DNA from: the human T2T-CHM13v2.0 reference genome, Homo sapiens
Assembly (NCBI RefSeq): GCF_009914755.1
Contig: NC_060938.1
Reading direction: 5' to 3' (one strand)
Length of the DNA: 64,000 bases
This document shows, piece after piece, positions 24,261-38,045 of the stretch. The number at the start of each line of letters is the position of its first letter. The first letter of the stretch is position 1. A model generated the notes under the pieces. The model saw only the letters and a list, made by a program, of their open reading frames with translations, did no database searches and had not been told where the DNA came from. Position numbers and translations under genes: made by a program.

Positions 24261-27200
24261 GAGAGCTGGCCAGCCCACACCCCATGTGAGGCCAAAGGAG
24301 CACAACGGGCATGGGACAGCAGGTTCCCTCCCAGGGTACCCACCTCCTCCAGCATCCCCATGCTGCTGTTTGAGGCCCCACACCCCATCCAGTCTCTACC
24401 TGCCCCGCCAGGATGTTCCCCTCCCCGTCGGCCCCACCCACCTTCAACCCAGCCCAACCGAGCCTCACTCCTTCTCTGGGACCGAGAACTCACTTCTTCC
24501 CCCGGTGGAACCCCATTCCTGCCCAACCGCAGCCCAGTCCTGCCTTGAGCCCTGGGTCAGTCTTCAAACCCTGCCCCTGCTGCGGCTCTGGGCCTAGGGA
24601 CTTTCCCCAGCTCCCTGGAAGGGGAAACAGAAGAAGGGAGGGAAATGGAGACCAGAAAACACTGCCCCTCCCAGGTGCTGGCTCCAGCAGGCAGAAGAGC
24701 AGAGACTTGAGGGTCACCCACTCCACTGCTGGGAGTTGGGGAGGGGAACTGGAGACTGTGGCACTGAGGAGGGGGAGGACAACTTGGCCAGGACAGACAG
24801 AAAGCCCAGCACCTCACTGCAGCGTAGGAGACGGCTGACCCAACAAGGAAGGAGCAAGGTCTCTGGAGCCACCAAGGCTGGGCTCAAACCCCTTCACCTT
24901 GCTGGGTCTCAGCCTCCTCGTTAGAATGGGTACAATCACCCCACATCATAGGCTGGCTGTGAGGAAGGCACAAACTCAGAAGGCCCAGGCAATGGCCAGC
25001 AAGCCAGGCTCAGCCCAGACCTTGGAGGGCCAAGAGACAGGCTGCCCCAGCCTTCCTGACACAGGTCCCCAAACAGGCTGGCCCACCCTGGCTGCATGCC
25101 TTGCTTCCAAATTGGAGCTCCCGTTCAGTGTGCAAGGCCAGGTCCAAATGTTGTCTGACTGGGGCTCCAGGCAGAAAGGGTTGCTTCCTGCTCAGGCCTC
25201 CTCTCTTCAGTTGTCCCGGGGGGTGCCGGGGTCCATATCCTCACCAGTCCACCCCCAAGACTGGCAGCTCCACCAGGCAAGCCTGCATCCCCACTCTCCC
25301 CCTGGGGCCCAGCACAGAGAGTGCTTTCTCTGCCAGTGTTCCAGCGGGGTCGGGTCCTCGGGCTCAGCAGCCCAGCCCACGTGTGAGTTCCGTCTCAGGG
25401 CTTCTCCTGCACAGACAGCCCCACCCCAACCCCAAAGGGCAGGACAGGGCTGAGGGCGTCCCAGATTCTGGGAGTTCAGGGACCACGGGCCCAGGGATCT
25501 GTCCCCTCGTGGGCCAGGGCTTCCAGGTGTGTCCTTTGGGCACATTCCAAGCCTGCTTCCCCAGATTCCCTCGGAATCCAAGCGACGGGAAGACCCTGAG
25601 AGGCCACCTGAAGGTGGGAAGGTGGAGGCACCAAGAGGGCAGGGAAGTGTCAGACGAGGCACGAAGAGGCCACACTCGGGCTGGAAGCTTCTCCCTCCAG
25701 CCCAGGAGCTCCCTCCTTCCCGCCTTCTCAGCCGGTGCCCTCGCTGAAGCAGAACCAGCCTTTCAAAGCTTCCTGGGCTGCAGGAAGGAGCCTGGGGCCT
25801 GGGGCCAAGGCCTGCAGCCATTCTCCTTCATTGAGCCTCAGTTTCTCCTTCAGGAAGTGGCCATCGGGGGCTCCTGGGAGACCTCCAAGCTTTAGCAGTA
25901 CACACTGGGAGGGAGGTCGGTTAGAAAGGGCATGTGTGGCCTGGGGTGCCCTATGATGGAGAGGAGACCCTTCCCCAACTCTGTGTGTCCCAGGCCCATC
26001 TAACTGGCCCGTGGCCTCTGGGTGACGGAAGGCCAGTGGGGACAGGCGCAAGCACAGTGCAATGGAAGCAAGTTCCCAGGCCTCCTCCCCACTCCGAGGC
26101 CTCTTCCCCTGTGCCCATCCCTATCCCCTGGGGTTCAAGGGCTGATGGGGAAGGTGACTGAGGGCTGGAGAAGCTGCAAAGCCCAACCTCTTCTGACCTC
26201 TGCAGCCGGGTGGCGCCCGCGTATGGGCACGGGAAGGCCGCCAGTCTCACCAGCTGTGCCCTGGGGTGTGGGCCGCTGTACACCCGGCCCATGAGGCGGT
26301 CCGTGGGAGCAGCTACTTGGGCAGAGGTGGGGCTGGGAAAGCCCCAGGCTGTAGGCTGGGTTGGTGACAGGCGGCCCAGTGCCCAGGCCGAGGACAGGAC
26401 ACTGTGTTTTGATTATTTCCAGTTTCCTGACCCCCAAGTAGTGATTTAATGTTCCTGTTTACTCCGACGGTTAGAACAGGAGGCGGGACCACTAAGCCGG
26501 CCTCCCCTGGCGTCACCCCCAAGACTGCCAGTAGGAGTTTTGTGGCCAGAGGGAGCAGAGGATCCCAGGGGGTAGGCACGAGGCCTCTGCGTACATCAGG
26601 AACTCTTGCGATTGACTCAAAACTGAGCTTTGCATACAGCAGGTCCCGGGGAAGCATTGCAGATTGCAGGGTATGGCTGCCCACAGGAAGTGAGGCTGGG
26701 TGACCTGCCCCAGCAGGCCCGAGGGGCTCCCCCACTGTGGGGATCCAGGGCCACAGAGCTCTCCTGGCCTGGTTAAGGATGGCTTCACCCTGGACCTCCC
26801 TGACATTATCCAGGGCTTGGACTTCAGCCGGGCCCATCTCCCCCATGGCATCTGAGTGTCTGGAAGGCACTGCTAGGCAGGCAGGGCCAGCAGCCCGTGG
26901 CTGGCTGGGAGGGACTCCAGAAGTCACAAGCCCAGCCCCTAGCTTCTGAAATCTTGGCACATGGGGCCGGCTCTGAAAACCACTGGAAATACAGTTTTTC
27001 ATGGCATCCTCTGAGCATGCATCTACATACAGCAAGCAAAGGGTGTTCATGCGGGAAATGATGACCCATGGGTTTTTTTTTTAAACCAACATGAGTTTGT
27101 ATCATTTGTTAGCAGAATATTAAAATGTCAATAGGTTTCAGCATAGGCATGTCCTACCCCACAAGGTCTAGGCCTTTATTCAGAAAGCATCCACCTAGCA

Positions 27201-30200
27201 GGCACTGGGACCACGCAGACCCGTAAGAGGAAGGAGGGCGGCGAGGGAGGCGCGGAGGAAGGGCCTGGCTGGGAAAGCCCCTCTTGGAGAACCCCTGAGG
27301 GAGCTGCAAGGTGAGCACCCCAACCTCTGCCTTCAGCCCTGCCAGGTAGTGGGGCCAGAACAATCGCCGGCCCAGGCAGAAGTGAGGGGGCGAGGACGGT
27401 GCCTGCGTCTAGTGCTGCCACGACTCCCTCTTCCCCTCTGTCCACTACCGGGGTGACAGCGAGGTCATGGAAGGCAGATGTGGGGAGCCAAGAATCCCAA
27501 CAGCATCGGGTCCCCTTGAGGATGACAGGGACCAACTTTTCTTTGCCATTTCCAGTCTTCAGTTGGCCTTGGACAGAGCCCAAGATCTCATGAGGAAGGA
27601 GCAGAGAGGCCTTTTGGTGTTGCTGCAAACATCATGGGGCCCAGAAAAAGACGTCACTGAGATCCTGGGACGGCAGCACTGGAAGGGCCTAGGACATCAC
27701 AACCCCACCCTGCTCCATCTTGACCTCAGTTTCCCCATCACTGGAACCAAACATGAGCTCAGGCTCATGTCCCCGCAAGTCCCCAGTCACCCACCGTAAC
27801 TGAGTGGGATGGAGACGGAGGGGTTCGTTTTGGGGGGCACCTTGAGAGGCCAGACATGACCAGGCCCTTCACGTACAGCGGGGCTGTTCCCCAACCTCCC
27901 ACCTGGGACAGAGGCTGGTGGTGATGCCCCAGTTTGGCCTTCTTCACACCAGGAGTCACACAGATCTGGTGTCCAGCCCCTGCCCCATCACTTACAGCTG
28001 TGCGGCTTTGTGTAAGCACCTTGACCTCTCTGAGCCCGAGGCCACTGATGCGTGGAATGGGAATAAGTCATCACTAAGTGGACTTCAGAGTCTGCAGCGG
28101 CGCCCTAGATCACAGCGGCTCTGAGAAGGACTCAGAAACTGTGAAGGACGTGCACCTGGGAGGAATCCCAGCTACCAGGGCCGGGCTCGCCTTCCCTGAG
28201 CACGCAGTGATGTGAGGCGGGGGCTGGGGGTGCAGACCCAGCCTGGAAGCCCAGTCCTGCCGTTCGTTCGTCAGGTGTCTGCTCCTCTGAGTGCTCAGGG
28301 TGGGGCTAGAATGATACTGGAGACCAGCGCCAGGCCTGTGCCCCGCACACAGCAGGCGCTCGGGAAGTGCTCAACCAGAGCAGGCGCACGAGCAGAGCGG
28401 GCTTCAAGAAGCAGCCCAAACGCTACGCCCTGGAAACCTCCAGGCCCAAGAGGTCAGACCTGCAGAACCCAGGGAACCACGCAGCCCTAGCCGCAGCCCC
28501 ACCTCAGGGTGACCCCTGGGCTGCCATTATGCCTGGAAACACTTGGACGGGTACCTAGCGGGGAGCTGTGGAGCTGTTTGTGGAAAGAAGTGAAACAATG
28601 GAAGCCAGCTCATTCTGAGCTGAGTCCCTTCTTCCAGAGTGGTGATTTAGAAGGAAAAAAACATTGCCCAAATCACAGCGGCAAAATCCTGCAATTGCCA
28701 GAGAAACAGAGGTCGGTGGCCAAGAAGGATTGCAACACAATGGCCTGGGAAGACGTTCACTCGTGCCAAGCCCTGAAGGACCGAAGCTCAGGGCACCTTC
28801 CTGGCTGCCTGGCCTGGCCCCGGGGCCTGGAACCTGGACCCCTCACCCTGGATGTTCAAGTTCTACCCCCAGGGATGGACAGCGTGCGACTAGGGTGGCC
28901 ACAGGACTCCACAGTGTGCAAAGGGGTGCCCCGGGAGACTCCCGGAGCCTTTGAGCGTGGGGGTGGGGATGAGGACATCTAGAATCAGGAGGTGGGGGAG
29001 GGGCTCGGACAGGTTTCAGGGATGGCTAGGGAGCCAGCTGTCTGCCTCCACATTGGCACCAGCGGTCCAGAGCTGTGGGCAGGAAGCCTGGAGGAACTGA
29101 GAGGGGCGGGGGGCCCTGTTAGGAGACACGGGAGAAGGGAGGGAGCCGGGCATTGCATTCCTGGAAAGGGGCCCTTGGTCCATACCCCCCCAGACCCCCA
29201 TGGCCCCAGCATTGTAGCCACAGCTCAGCCAGCCACCCCCGCCAGCCCTCCCACGGCAGGCCTTCCTGGCCATCCCCTGAACCGCGTGGGCCCGTGCTGC
29301 CAGGCTGCCCGGACTGGCCAGCTGAGCTAGGGATCATTTCCTGGACCCATTAATCACTGGATCGGGTTCCATGTCGGCAACAATAGCTCAACCCCAGGCC
29401 AGTTGGCCTCCGAGTCTGTCGACCCCCGCTCTGATGCCCCAGCTCTCCAGGTCTTGATCAAGGCGGTGGGGTTAAAAGTGGCCATCGTGACTGTGTGCTG
29501 CCCACTTACTGTGTGCAGGGCCTGGGAGATCCCAGAAGAGAATGAGGCCAGTGCCCAGTGAGGACCCGGGGGCTCATGTGGGACAGGGAGCTAGCAGGGA
29601 TGTCTAACACACAGCAGCACCCACAGCTCGCAGGAGGGGCTGATACTCACCAACCCCACTCTGCCGTTACCTCCCTCCCCAAAACCCACATGTCTGATGC
29701 CCATGGCCCTCCACCAATAAAATACCGGAAAGGGAAAGGAAGGAAGAGGCTGCAAGTTCATCTGATGTCCAGACACTGGGTGTGGCAAGTTTCCCAGCAA
29801 GTGAGCTCACAGTTGGGAGTGGAAGCCCCCATCCTTCGGACCAAGGTCTTGAGAGCTGCAGCCTCAGGTGCCAGCCACGGCCATCACCCCTGCAGTCCAC
29901 AGCTGCTGCCAGACAGTCTGAACTCCTGAGCGGAGTCTTGAGTCTCCGGGTGGGAGCAGAGCTGTTCTGGATGGCCAGTCTCTTCTAAGCAGGGTCTACA
30001 GAATCGTCCGTGGTGGGCAGTAGCCACTGTGGCAGGGCCTCCAGAGTGCAAGTGCTCAGATTTGTCCAGAAGCCCTGCCGGCCTCCAGAATCCTCAGGTG
30101 TGGAGGACATGGCATCTGCAGGCCTCGAAGGAGAGCAGGATGGAAGGGCAGGGGTTCCACTTCAGGTGTAAAGCACAGCCCAGGCAAAGCCAGGAGAAGG

Positions 30201-30869
30201 AGCTGTGCCCAGTTGAGAACCGGTGTTGTGGGCACACAGAGAGGGCTGCGGCTCGTGACAATGTGAGCAGTGGAGTCTGGGGCAGGGTCCCAGCGCCGTG
30301 GGCCCAGGAAGATCCCAGGAATGCTTGCACTATCCCGGAAGTGTTCCTTTGGGGCAGTGTGGGGTGGCAGGGCCTTCCTCCTAACAGGGCTGCCACCAGA
30401 TATGTGCATGTCAGGCCTCAGTGCCCTTGTACTTGGGCACACGGAAGCCCAGAGAGACAAAGCATTTCCCCAAGGCCACCCAGGGCCCTCGCCACAGAAC
30501 TGGTCCCCACATGTTCTCCCAGATAGACGCTGCAGCCATCTGACCTGGCCATCTTGCTCAGCTTGTCTGAGGGGCAGGATCTCACAGGCAACAACCACAC
30601 AGTTAGCGACTAAGGCAGTCACCAGCCCCTGTGATGCCTCTGTGATACTTAGAGAAAGGCACCTCCCCCAGGAGGAGGTAGCCCCCCTGGGGCCCACAGG
30701 AATGTGGGGATGGGCTGCATCCAGTGCCCTCACCCCTGGCTCAGCACACCCCCACAGTAAGAATCCTGCCACGGTGGCGGCTGTATTTTAATGCTTACCA
30801 TGCAGCAAGGCCTTGACGGTGCTTCCACAGGGCCCACCTGTGTACTGGATTCTGCTTGTTCAGGAGTGA

Positions 30870-31110
30870 TTATATGAGCAAAGTTTGTCTCCCTGTAAGC
30901 AATGTGCAGGAGGATCCGGTTCTGTTTTGCTCAGCTGTGTATCCCAGCAACAAGTGTGCCCAGTAACAAACACTCCACAAACACCTATAGAACGAAGGGT
31001 CTCTTTTAGCCCTAATCAACCCCATTGTACAAATGAGGTTGGAGAGTTGACATGACTTGCCCCATTCATGCAGCTGCAAGTGGGGGGGCTGGAACTCCCA
31101 AAACCACCTC
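30870..31110. mobile_element. L2 3' end (+) followed by MIR (-)
   Basis: TCTGTTTTGCTCAGCTGTGTATCCCAGCA; CCCATTGTACAAATGAGG...TGACTTGCCC. Confidence 0.65.
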
Positions 31111-31487
31111 TTCCAGACCCACCTGAGATCCCTCTGCTGACGGGGGCAGCCTCCCAGCCAGCAAGAAAGAGAGCCCTGTTCTACCGTTGACTTGTGATGT
31201 CCCTACTCATCCCTGAGCCTCAGTTTCCCCTTCCATAATACAAGATGTTTCAGCCCAGTCATGTCCAATATCTTTTCCTGAGACTCTGCACTCTACAGTT
31301 TGAAACCGGAATACTAAACCTACAGCATGCATGCCCTAGCTTGTACCCTCCGTACTCATGGCAGACATCATCAATCAATCACCAATCAATCTTTCTCACT
31401 AAGCTCATATTAAACAACAGAATCCTTCTCCACATAGTGTACAGGGCAACCATTGGATCAAAAATGACACATAAGATAAAACCTCTC

Positions 31488-31702
<215 letters not shown>

Positions 31703-32081
31703 AAGATAAAACCTCTCTACCATCTCTGGCCTTCCCAAGGGAAGTCTCGGTGAATGGTGACTTCTGACTCCTGCTGGCAAGGAGCCCCAGGCTACACTGC
31801 ATCCATGCCTGTCTCCCCATCAGACCCAGAGCCCCATGACCCAGCCACAAGACCCAGGCCCTGCATGCACCCTCAGAAAAGCTTGCCAAATTGTTGTCTC
31901 TGATGATTCCTTATTTCTGAGTGTGTTTAATGCTAACACCTCCTTAAGTATGAACTCAGATTTCATCTCGTCTGGAAATCCCCCTAAGATTTCCTCTCCT
32001 GTGTGAGTTAGGGATCCCTGTTGTGCCTCTTCTAACAGTCCTGCTCTCCTTCAGCTGATCAACAAACACACAGTGTTGTAT

Positions 32082-32161
32082 TTAGGTCGGTGCAAAAATC
32101 ATTGCGGTTTTTGCCATTACTTTCAACGGCAAAAACCGCAATGAATTTTGCACCGACCTAA
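32082..32161. mobile_element. MADE1 (Hsmar1-derived 80-bp MITE)
   Basis: TTAGGTCGGTGCAAAA...TTTTGCACCGACCTAA, 80 bp, 34-bp arms with one mismatch. Confidence 0.97.
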
Positions 32162-32274
32162 GTGTTTGAGTCTGTGAAGACACTGCGACCGTTCTCCAAG
32201 CCCAAAACCCAGGCTAGAGGAAGGTGAGTGAGCCTGCAGTGAGTGACGGGGCCGACTCACCTGCAAGCATGCAT

Positions 32275-32425
32275 GGCTCATTCATTTATTCATTGACCAG
32301 GTGCGTGTTCCTGGGACACACAGGGATTCCACGCAGGCACCATCCTTGACCTCTGGAACTTACACGTTGGTGAGGAAGAGACTATTTAAGAAACAGTTAT
32401 ACATATAATTAAATGGCCATAAGTA
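32275..32425 (-). mobile_element. L2 3' end
   Basis: CTCATTCATTTATTCATT tail; CCTTGACCTCTGGAACTTACA. Confidence 0.65.
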
Positions 32426-32959
32426 TGAGACTGTTTAAGAAGGGGACTGCGAAGGGGTGGCTCCCTGAGGCTCTGATGTGTGGTCAGAGCCCACCTTCTT
32501 TCATCGGTCTTCTCAACCACCACTTTGCAGAGGCCCCAAGAGGGGAGCATGCCCAAGGGCCCCCAGCCGGGAAAGAGAGGCAGATGCGGGTACCCAGCCC
32601 CCAGCTTCTCTCTGCGGTCAGACCCCACACTCCCCCTCAAGGAGAAGCATCCGGCACCAAGCTGGGCTCCTCTGGGTCTGCCTCCAGCTGAGCTGGGGAC
32701 CAGGAAGCCATCCCCTGGGAAACAAGGTGCCCTGTGGGTGGGAGTCAGCCCCAGGCTGCCGGTTCTGGTGGCAGGGCTGATTCCTTGTGCAAGGGTGACT
32801 TCAGCTCCATGAAGAGGGTGGGCAGGAGCTGGCGGGGGCAGGGGAGAGTCCCCACTCCAGCCACACCTCGCCAGCACAAAAAGGTTGGCAGAGGAGTCTC
32901 CCCCGGGCCCCTTCCACCAGTGCCACTGGGTTCGTGCTGCCGTTGCGGTGCAGGGAGGC

Positions 32960-33110
32960 GCAGCGAGCAGGTCTGACAGCTCCCCCACCCACCCCCCTGC
33001 CAAATTGTACTTAATTATAATGATAAATGATGGCAGGCATCCACGACCACATCGCAGAACATGACAAACACTCCACGTCGCCGAGCCAACAAGCCCCGCT
33101 CCCCCCACCG
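32960..33110. promoter_or_regulatory. Candidate enhancer with PBX-HOX and MEIS motifs
   Basis: TGACAG 32974, TTAATTA 33011, TGATAAATGA 33021, TGGCAG 33031; non-repetitive and CpG-retaining. Motif evidence only. Confidence 0.5.
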
Positions 33111-33879
33111 CCGTGTTTCTGAACAGGAGGCTGAGAGGGGGTTATCTGAGGCCACGGCTGGCTCCAACGGGGCCTGGCCCAGTCTGGACGCTGCCTGCCG
33201 GCTCAGGGTGGGCACTGCTGGGTAGCTGAGGGCCTGAACCCTCGCCCACCCCGTTGTCCCCGAGCATCACCTGCTCCTCCTAGCAAAGCTTGCCTCTGCG
33301 CATGAAAAAACAGCCCACCGCCCTCGGGGAGGAGCTGAGCGAACACACTCAGCAGCCACTTTCTGGAGCCACACTGCCCACACAGGCGTCACCAAGGGGA
33401 CCCTGAAAGGCTCTGGGGAGGCCACAGAGAGCACCCAGGGTGGGCGAGGCCTAGGAGCTCCTCTCCCTGACCGCAGCAAGTCTTCCTCACTCCACAGGGG
33501 TCGTGAGCATTCCTGGTACTGCTGGATCGAGAAAGGCATTTATCTCCCCTGGGAGAAGTCCCTGATGTGGATTCCAGCTCTACGAGGTGGAGGAGGGAAG
33601 GGGCCTATGCCTTTCCTCCTGATCATTGCCGCAGGCAGGGCTCCGGGACAGCGTGCCGGGGTCCTGGTCCCACCATGTGGCTTTAACATGACTGACCGCC
33701 CAGTGCTCTGTGCGGGCGTGCGGCCTCATCCCCACCACTCCATCTGCGTGGTGAGCCTTGCAGCGTCTGAGAGACAATAATAATATGGCAGCTGCCGCGG
33801 AGGTGGCCCTTCAGCGGAGATGTGATGTGTCAGGCGGCGAACCAGCAGAGGAAGGGTGACCATGCAGATGGAGCCTGTG

Positions 33880-35400
33880 TTTAAGGGCTCAGGGTCAAAG
33901 ACGGCCTCAAACACACATGGGCAGAAATCACCCGAGAGGGGAGGCTGAGTGGCAAGGGGCTGAAGAGGGGGCTTGCCAGGGAGGGGAGTGAGCCCAGGCA
34001 GGCCCCATGGGTGGCAGGTGGATGGCAGGAAGGAGCTGCCTCCATGCTGGGGAGGGACAAGAACCTGGCCTATGGAGATGGGAGCAGAGATGGCAGGTGG
34101 GGCCAGTGGAGGGCAGTCACAGGACTTGGGGACAGAGGGAGGTATAGCGGGAGGAGAAAGATCTGATTTGCACAACCAGGAGGATAGTGGTTCCACCCGA
34201 GAGATGGGGGTGGCCCAGAGAAGCCAGTCAGCAGGGTGTTTGGGCTTCCCAACCCCCGCCACCAGATATCTCAGCACAGGCACCCAAGGGGCAGCTGGGG
34301 ACACGGGGCAGCCTGGCCTCAGCAGGGAGGCCTTGGAGCCAGCAGCATTCAGCACCTATCCATGTTCAAGTGTGGGCAAGGTGGCCCAGGCAAGGTGAAG
34401 GCAGCGAAGACCCAGAGGCCCCTGGGCCCAGCCCCTACAGGTCAGGAATGAACACCCCGAACAGAACCCCGCGCTCTCTGGAGTTCTGGGCTCAGGATGG
34501 GCCTGCCAGGGAGAAAGGAAACCAGAGCGTGAGGTCCCAGGCACCCGGAGAAGAGAAGGTTTCAGGAGGAGAGGTGTAGATAACCATACTGAAGGCCACT
34601 GAGAGGCCTGAGAAGGGACCCCTGGGTGGCAGGACAGAGGAGCCATGCCAGTCAGGGCCCATAGGAGACATTGGCCCACACAAATCAGGTGACATCAGGA
34701 ACGCCTAGTAAAGAGGAGGGTCAGGAAGGTGTAAGGAGGGTGAGGGCAATGCAGGGCCTGCTTGTCTTCCAGGGTAGTGACAGCAGGCACAGCTCCTCCC
34801 CACCTAGGTAAAGAAGGATGAGGGGAGGGACAGTTACTGGAGGCTGGAACCCAAGGGTGGAATTGGGTGGAGAGGACCCCAGGAGGGTAGGTCCTTTGTT
34901 CAGGGGAGCAGCCAGCTCACAACACTCGGGCGGGGGGTGGGGGTGCTGGAGAATCAGTACCCCAACTCACTCTCTACCCTCAGTGTCTGGGCAAACCCAA
35001 GCGGAAGCCAGTGGGCCCGAGTGCCCTGCACCACCACGGGGCGACTGGGACCCCCTCAGGACACGGAACAGGTAGCAGGCCGTGTTCTTGGAGCGGTTCC
35101 CAGGGGGCACAGCAGCCATGGGCAGAAGCCTGCTGCAGGGAGGAACCCTGAGTGGAAGACCTCGAATGTAGATTCTTCCACAAAGAGGAGGAAGGAGCTA
35201 GTAGGAGCTGGGGAGGCGGAGAGTTGAGGGCAGGTTTTGCTTTTGTTTTCTAAGTGCCTGGAGAGCATGGATTCAGGAGCAGAGAGCAGGGACACAGTTG
35301 ATTCAGAGAAGACGTGGGAGTTGGTGGAACTGACAGCGTGATGAGAGGGAGACGGATCGGGTGGGTCTGGACCCAGCGACCAGGCCACAGGGAGGGCCCA
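33880..35400 (-). mobile_element. Highly degraded L2 pieces
   Basis: Strong + strand purine bias with L2-antisense words: CACAGGACTTGG, GAAGAGAAGGTTTCAGGAGG, GCCACTGAGAGG. Confidence 0.5.
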
Positions 35401-37589
35401 GGTGGGTGTGGTGGTTTGGCGGCAGGTGTGGCAGGGATGGTCTGCATCAGAGGGGAGTTTGCGCCCGCCGGCCCTGCCACCTAGCTCTGTGTACAGGAGG
35501 CTCAGGGCTTTCCCAGGGTGGGGTCCTGCCAGGTGGGAGTGGCAGTGAGAGAGCTGAGGACTGGCTCAGCGGGACCCGTCCAGAGGGACTTGACATGGCA
35601 GGGCTGGGTGGGAGGGAAACTCAGAGAAGGTAAGGGGGGACGGGGGGCTGAGGTGGCAAGAACCAGGTACAGGGCGTCCTGAGTTGGGGGTTGGGGTATG
35701 GCCAGGGGAATGTTGGGGGACCCAGGCTTTCAGAAGCAGAGCACGCTGGTGTTGATGGAGTGTGGTGTGTCATAAGAGGGATGGGGAGGCACACGGGAGG
35801 GCTGTGGGAGCCGCGGGGCCTAGGACTGAGAGGCCAGAGTGGTGACTGAGGCACCCACAGGGATGTGGAGACTTGGGGGACAGCCAATGCAGGGTGAGAA
35901 GGAAGACTGAGGCAGGGTGGGGGCAGGCTGTGGCTGGCAGAAGGGTGGTCACGAAGCCCCAGGGGAGAGGAAGGCAGGGGTGTGGGGGCTGGAGCCACAG
36001 GAAGGTGACCTGGGGAAGGAGGAAGAGGGGTGGGCCTCCCCAGAGGGGCCGGGAAGACGGTGTTGACTTGCAAGGGGGGATGGGGGGGCACATCCAGGCT
36101 CCCTGGGCATCCTCAGCCCACTGCACAGATGGGGAGACTGAGGCTCACAGAGGCAGAAGACGAGTGTCCACCCCCAAGGCCTAGACCTGCAGAACCCAGA
36201 AATGCCTCTCTGAGACCCCACTTCACACACAAGTCCCCCACTAGATTGTTTCTGCTCTTGTTGGTGGGGGAGGGAGAGGAACACTGGGGCAGGGGGCCAA
36301 CCAAGGGCCTTTGGAAAGCCCTGCCTGCAGGACCCGGGGGTGGGGAGCATGGCAGGGGGCAAGCCCAGGCCTCGTGGGGGCAGAGAGGGGGGTGTGTCTG
36401 TGTGGAGGACAGAGCATGCTGGCTGGGCAGGTGATTGTGAACGCAGGGGTGCCCGGTGTCTTTTGGGAGGAGGTTGCAATTGTGTCTCCAGGCAGTGTGG
36501 GCAGCGGGAGGGGAGATGTGGGGGCACGTGGGGTCAGCTGCTGTGAGGGCTCTCTGCAGAGGGCATGGAGGGCCCAGGGTGGCCAGGGGCGCGGGGTGAT
36601 CTGGGGTGCATCGGCAGCATGCACACACGTGAGCCTGCGTGTGGGAGGAGGGAGGATGCGGGTGGGTGGGAAGTAATTAGCTGGAGCCTGGTCTCCCTGT
36701 AGAGCCTGGACGCCAGCCCATGTCTGGCAGCCTCATCTCTGCCTGCACCGCCCCCCACCCCTCAGTCTTACTGTGGCTCCCCCATCTGCCCCAGAGCCCC
36801 TGGCAGCCCACCGGGGACAGTCAGGCAGTCCTCACTAGGGTCTTCCCATCACTGCCAGCTGGCATGGGGCAGGGGTCAGCACAGAGATGATGGAGGAGGG
36901 CAAGGGAGGCTTCTGGTTTATCTCTGAGGTTCACATCCCCACGCTGGCTCCTAGAAGGCACAGGGGCGCTACCCAACCAGCCCATGATGGTCCACATGAG
37001 AAGCCCATGGTGGAGGGAAGAGAAAGCACTAGCCCAAATCACAGAGCGTGTGGGAACAGAACCAGTTCTGCAGACCACCCCTACCCCACCCACACCTCTA
37101 TGCTCAGGATCTTCTGGGGAATTCAAGCTCCTGGGCCAGCCTGGGGCAACAGCTGGGCTATCTGCCTCAGACTGGTCCTGCCTCTGCTCCTAAGGTCACC
37201 TAATGCTTACATCTGCCCCTCTGAGGCAGCTCCTCCCCTCTCACCAACCCCAAAGGCAGCTCCCACCCCTACCTACCTCACAAAAAACAAGGCAAACAAA
37301 GAGTTAAGAAAGGCAGGAAGGACTAACCCAGCCAACCAAGTGCAAAGCCGAATGCCCCAGGGAAACAGGAAAGGGGCCCCAGTTCTAGGGCTACAGGGAA
37401 CGAGAGGTGGGCTCTTCCCCTGGCCCTGGCTCCCAATTGTCCTGGAGCAAGCACGGGCCTCTGGATAGAGCCAGAGGTCATCTAGGACCTGGGAAGGTCA
37501 TCTAGGACCTTATCTGCCCACACCCCTCCACTCCTTTCCACTCCATTCTATGTGATTAATATCAACTCAACAACTATTCAATGCAAGAA

Positions 37590-38045
37590 GCTAAGGTGCA
37601 TCCCCAGCCATTTCTCCATCTTCCATCATCATACTGCCATCTGCCCATCTGCCCATCTGTCCCTACACACCTCAGTCCATCAATTCATTGGTCTCACCAA
37701 CCAGCTGGTAAACATCCTGTGATTTATCCAAATGGGTCCATCCATCTCTCTGTCCATCCAGCCTCCCATTCCTGTATATAATTCTGTTCATTCATTGATA
37801 CAGCCAACCACTGGTCCACTCAGCCATCTGTCAATTCATCCAGTCATCCTTGGATTCCTCCACCTACCGATCCATTATCCACCATCCACCCACAGTTGAC
37901 TCATCTATCCATCCATCCATCCATCCATCCATCAGTAGATCCAGCCAGCCAGCTATCCAGCCACCCATGTGCCCATCCTGGGACCCTTCGCCCATTCAGT
38001 CATCCATGGGTCCAGACATCCATTCATCCACCCACTCACCCATCA
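37590..38045. repeat. Degenerate (CCAT)n-rich low-complexity region
   Basis: Repeated CATC/CCAT, purest near 37908-37932. Confidence 0.8.
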
